Shown: positions 63,071 to 64,000 of the stretch, piece after piece
Layout of the letters: each line of letters begins with the position of its first letter
How positions within the stretch are numbered: position 1 is the first letter of the stretch
Source: an uncultured Actinomycetota bacterium
GTDB lineage: Bacteria > Actinomycetota > Actinomycetes > JAHEKZ01
Direction: 5' to 3'
Assembly (NCBI GenBank): GCA_963848085.1
Contig: CAWKCE010000005.1
Span: forward strand, 146,282 to 210,281
DNA length: 64,000 nucleotides
Made by a program: the position numbers and the translations under genes
Notes under the pieces: model-generated
The model's database searches: none
The model's input: only the letters and a program-made list of their open reading frames with translations
Told to the model about the DNA's origin: nothing

Positions 63071-63190
63071 TGGAAATTGGGGACTTCCGGGACTCACGAG
63101 TCAGGAGATGTCCTCGCGACCTGTGGGGTTCCCCGCCCACCGCCCGGGCGCTCCGCGAGCTACGGGGAACACATACCCGCACATCTTGCG
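63071..63190 (+). repeat. repeat family copy 7 (5' hairpin module diverged)
   Basis: ...TTCCGGGACtcacGAGTCAGGAGATGTCctcGCGAcctGTGGGGTTcc...ACACATAcccGCACatcttgcg. Confidence 0.75.
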
Positions 63191-63267
63191 CGCCTCACCG
63201 GCAGGCCACGTACCTCGGGGGCCTGGTCAGTAGTGCGTTCGCGGCGTGACGGCCGTAGATTCCCAGG

Positions 63268-63621
63268 ATGGGCCTGGAATGGGAGCAAGTGGTCGTGGAC
63301 GCCGCAGACCCGGTGATGTTGGGCCGGTGGTGGGCTAACGCCCTCGGATGGGTCGTGGTGAACGACGCGCCGGAAGAGTTCGAGATACAACCCGCGGCGG
63401 ATCGGCTGCCCGGACTGATCTTCGAACCAGTCGGAGAGGCGAAGGGCGGCAAGAACCGTCTTCACTTGGACTTCCGGCCCGACGACCAGCAGGCCGAAGT
63501 CGCGCGCCTCCTGGGCCTCGGCGCTCGGCACGCGGACGTCGGCCAGGGACAGCAGTCCTGGGTCGTGCTGGCAGATCCCGAAGGCAACGAGTTCTGTGTG
63601 CTGTCATCCAAACGCACGTAG
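63268..63621 (+). CDS. VOC/glyoxalase-family protein (bleomycin-resistance/glyoxalase I-like fold)
   Basis: MGLEWEQVVVDAADPVMLGRWWANALGW...RLHLDF...VVLADPEGNEFCV. Confidence 0.7.
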   Translation: MGLEWEQVVVDAADPVMLGRWWANALGWVVVNDAPEEFEIQPAADRLPGLIFEPVGEAKGGKNRLHLDFRPDDQQAEVARLLGLGARHADVGQGQQSWVVLADPEGNEFCVLSSKRT

Positions 63622-63709
63622 CCACCTCAGCCTCCGTCCATGCTCGGTAGGCGACGGCAGCCAATCCAACTGGGGGCAGTCCGGGCTGTCCGGCACCCGA
63701 GCGATCGTC

Positions 63710-63835
63710 CCGGATGTTGGCCGGCTCCGGGACCCACGAGTCAGGGATGTCCCAGCGATGCGTGAGGTTGGCTGGTGAAGGGACGCCCCTCCAATTGGAG
63801 AGCCAGTCGCGTGCGCACAGAACGGCACTGCGGGG
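63710..63835 (+). repeat. repeat family copy 8
   Basis: CCGGATgttggccGGCTCCGGGACccacGAGTCAGGGATGTCccagCGATGcGTGAGGTT...GCGCACAGAACGGCACTGCGGGG. Confidence 0.8.
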
Positions 63836-63893
63836 CGGTCAGTTTGGACCAGCTGAAGGCGGTCTGGCTCTGGCCGGGGCCGGTCTCGTTCGA

Positions 63894-64000
63894 TCAGACA
63901 AGTGGGTCGAACATGATCTCCCGGACCTCCTGCGCACAGCGGCACGCGACGGCGAACTTGGCAGCCCACTCCAGCGCATCCTCGCGCGAGGGCACGTCGA
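63894..64000 (-). CDS. YciI-like domain protein, C-terminal fragment (gene runs off window end)
   Basis: C-terminus ...EDALEWAAKFAVACRCAQEVREIMFDPLV resembles C-terminus of the YciI-like protein at 56405-56758 (...EAATMWAGKIAEACGWPQEVRRF...). Confidence 0.45.
   Translation of the reverse strand, partial: DVPSREDALEWAAKFAVACRCAQEVREIMFDPLV

Noticed and set aside
49929-63316. Apparent conserved peptide (MPD[IL]xRxRDxEPGDxxTMCGVxxPGAPP) encoded across the repeat copies on the + strand
   Set aside because: The frame is not preserved between copies (single-base indels in the CCAGGGG(G) box and variable centre). Conservation is at nucleotide level with stem/loop pattern, so the element is non-coding.
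48160-64000. CRISPR array interpretation of the regularly recurring repeat
   Set aside because: Repeat is ~130 bp, not 25-40 bp. Spacers are 0.6-3.2 kb and contain full genes. No cas genes.

Overview
High-GC actinobacterial chromosome segment. The first ~34 kb is the conserved translation/transcription super-cluster, all on the minus strand: rpoA(partial)-rpsD-rpsK-rpsM-rpmJ-infA, then a TauE/SafE-like insertion, map-adk-secY, the spc and S10 operons, tuf-fusA-rpsG-rpsL, rpoC-rpoB, rplL-rplJ, rplA-rplK, nusG-secE and tRNA-Trp. Many ORF-track entries are N-terminally over-extended or are antisense GC artefacts. True starts were re-derived from conserved N-termini; several are GTG or TTG. Next come an aminotransferase, a sulfide-oxidation/sulfur-relay module (sqr-DUF1641-tusE/dsrC-like-dsrE-like), add, murB, a MaoC/MaoC/SDR trio, rpmG and a tRNA-Tyr/Thr/Met cluster. 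From ~48 kb to the window end the content changes. At least eight copies, plus one degenerate copy and one relic, of a ~115-145 bp non-coding structured repeat lie on the + strand and partition the DNA into about nine small gene modules. The modules carry cassette-typical functions: arr rifampin ADP-ribosyltransferase, an APH aminoglycoside phosphotransferase, several VOC/glyoxalase proteins, ABM, DUF1801, YciI-like, DHFR-like RibD_C, a serpin, lipoproteins and an ECF sigma factor. Every module ends at its low-coordinate side with one repeat copy, and the copy farthest from the window end is the most degenerate. This looks like an integron-like cassette array (attC-like sites, integrase expected beyond 64 kb) or a new strand-coherent MITE/REP family. 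Both readings need testing. Other notable items are a 14-bp perfect palindrome family (CGAGTGCGCACTCG) next to the sulfur genes, Ala/Pro/Glu-rich tandem-repeat extensions in S3 and L10, strong terminator hairpins after rpoC and rplL, and a nested inverted-repeat element plus G-rich tandem repeat between add and murB.
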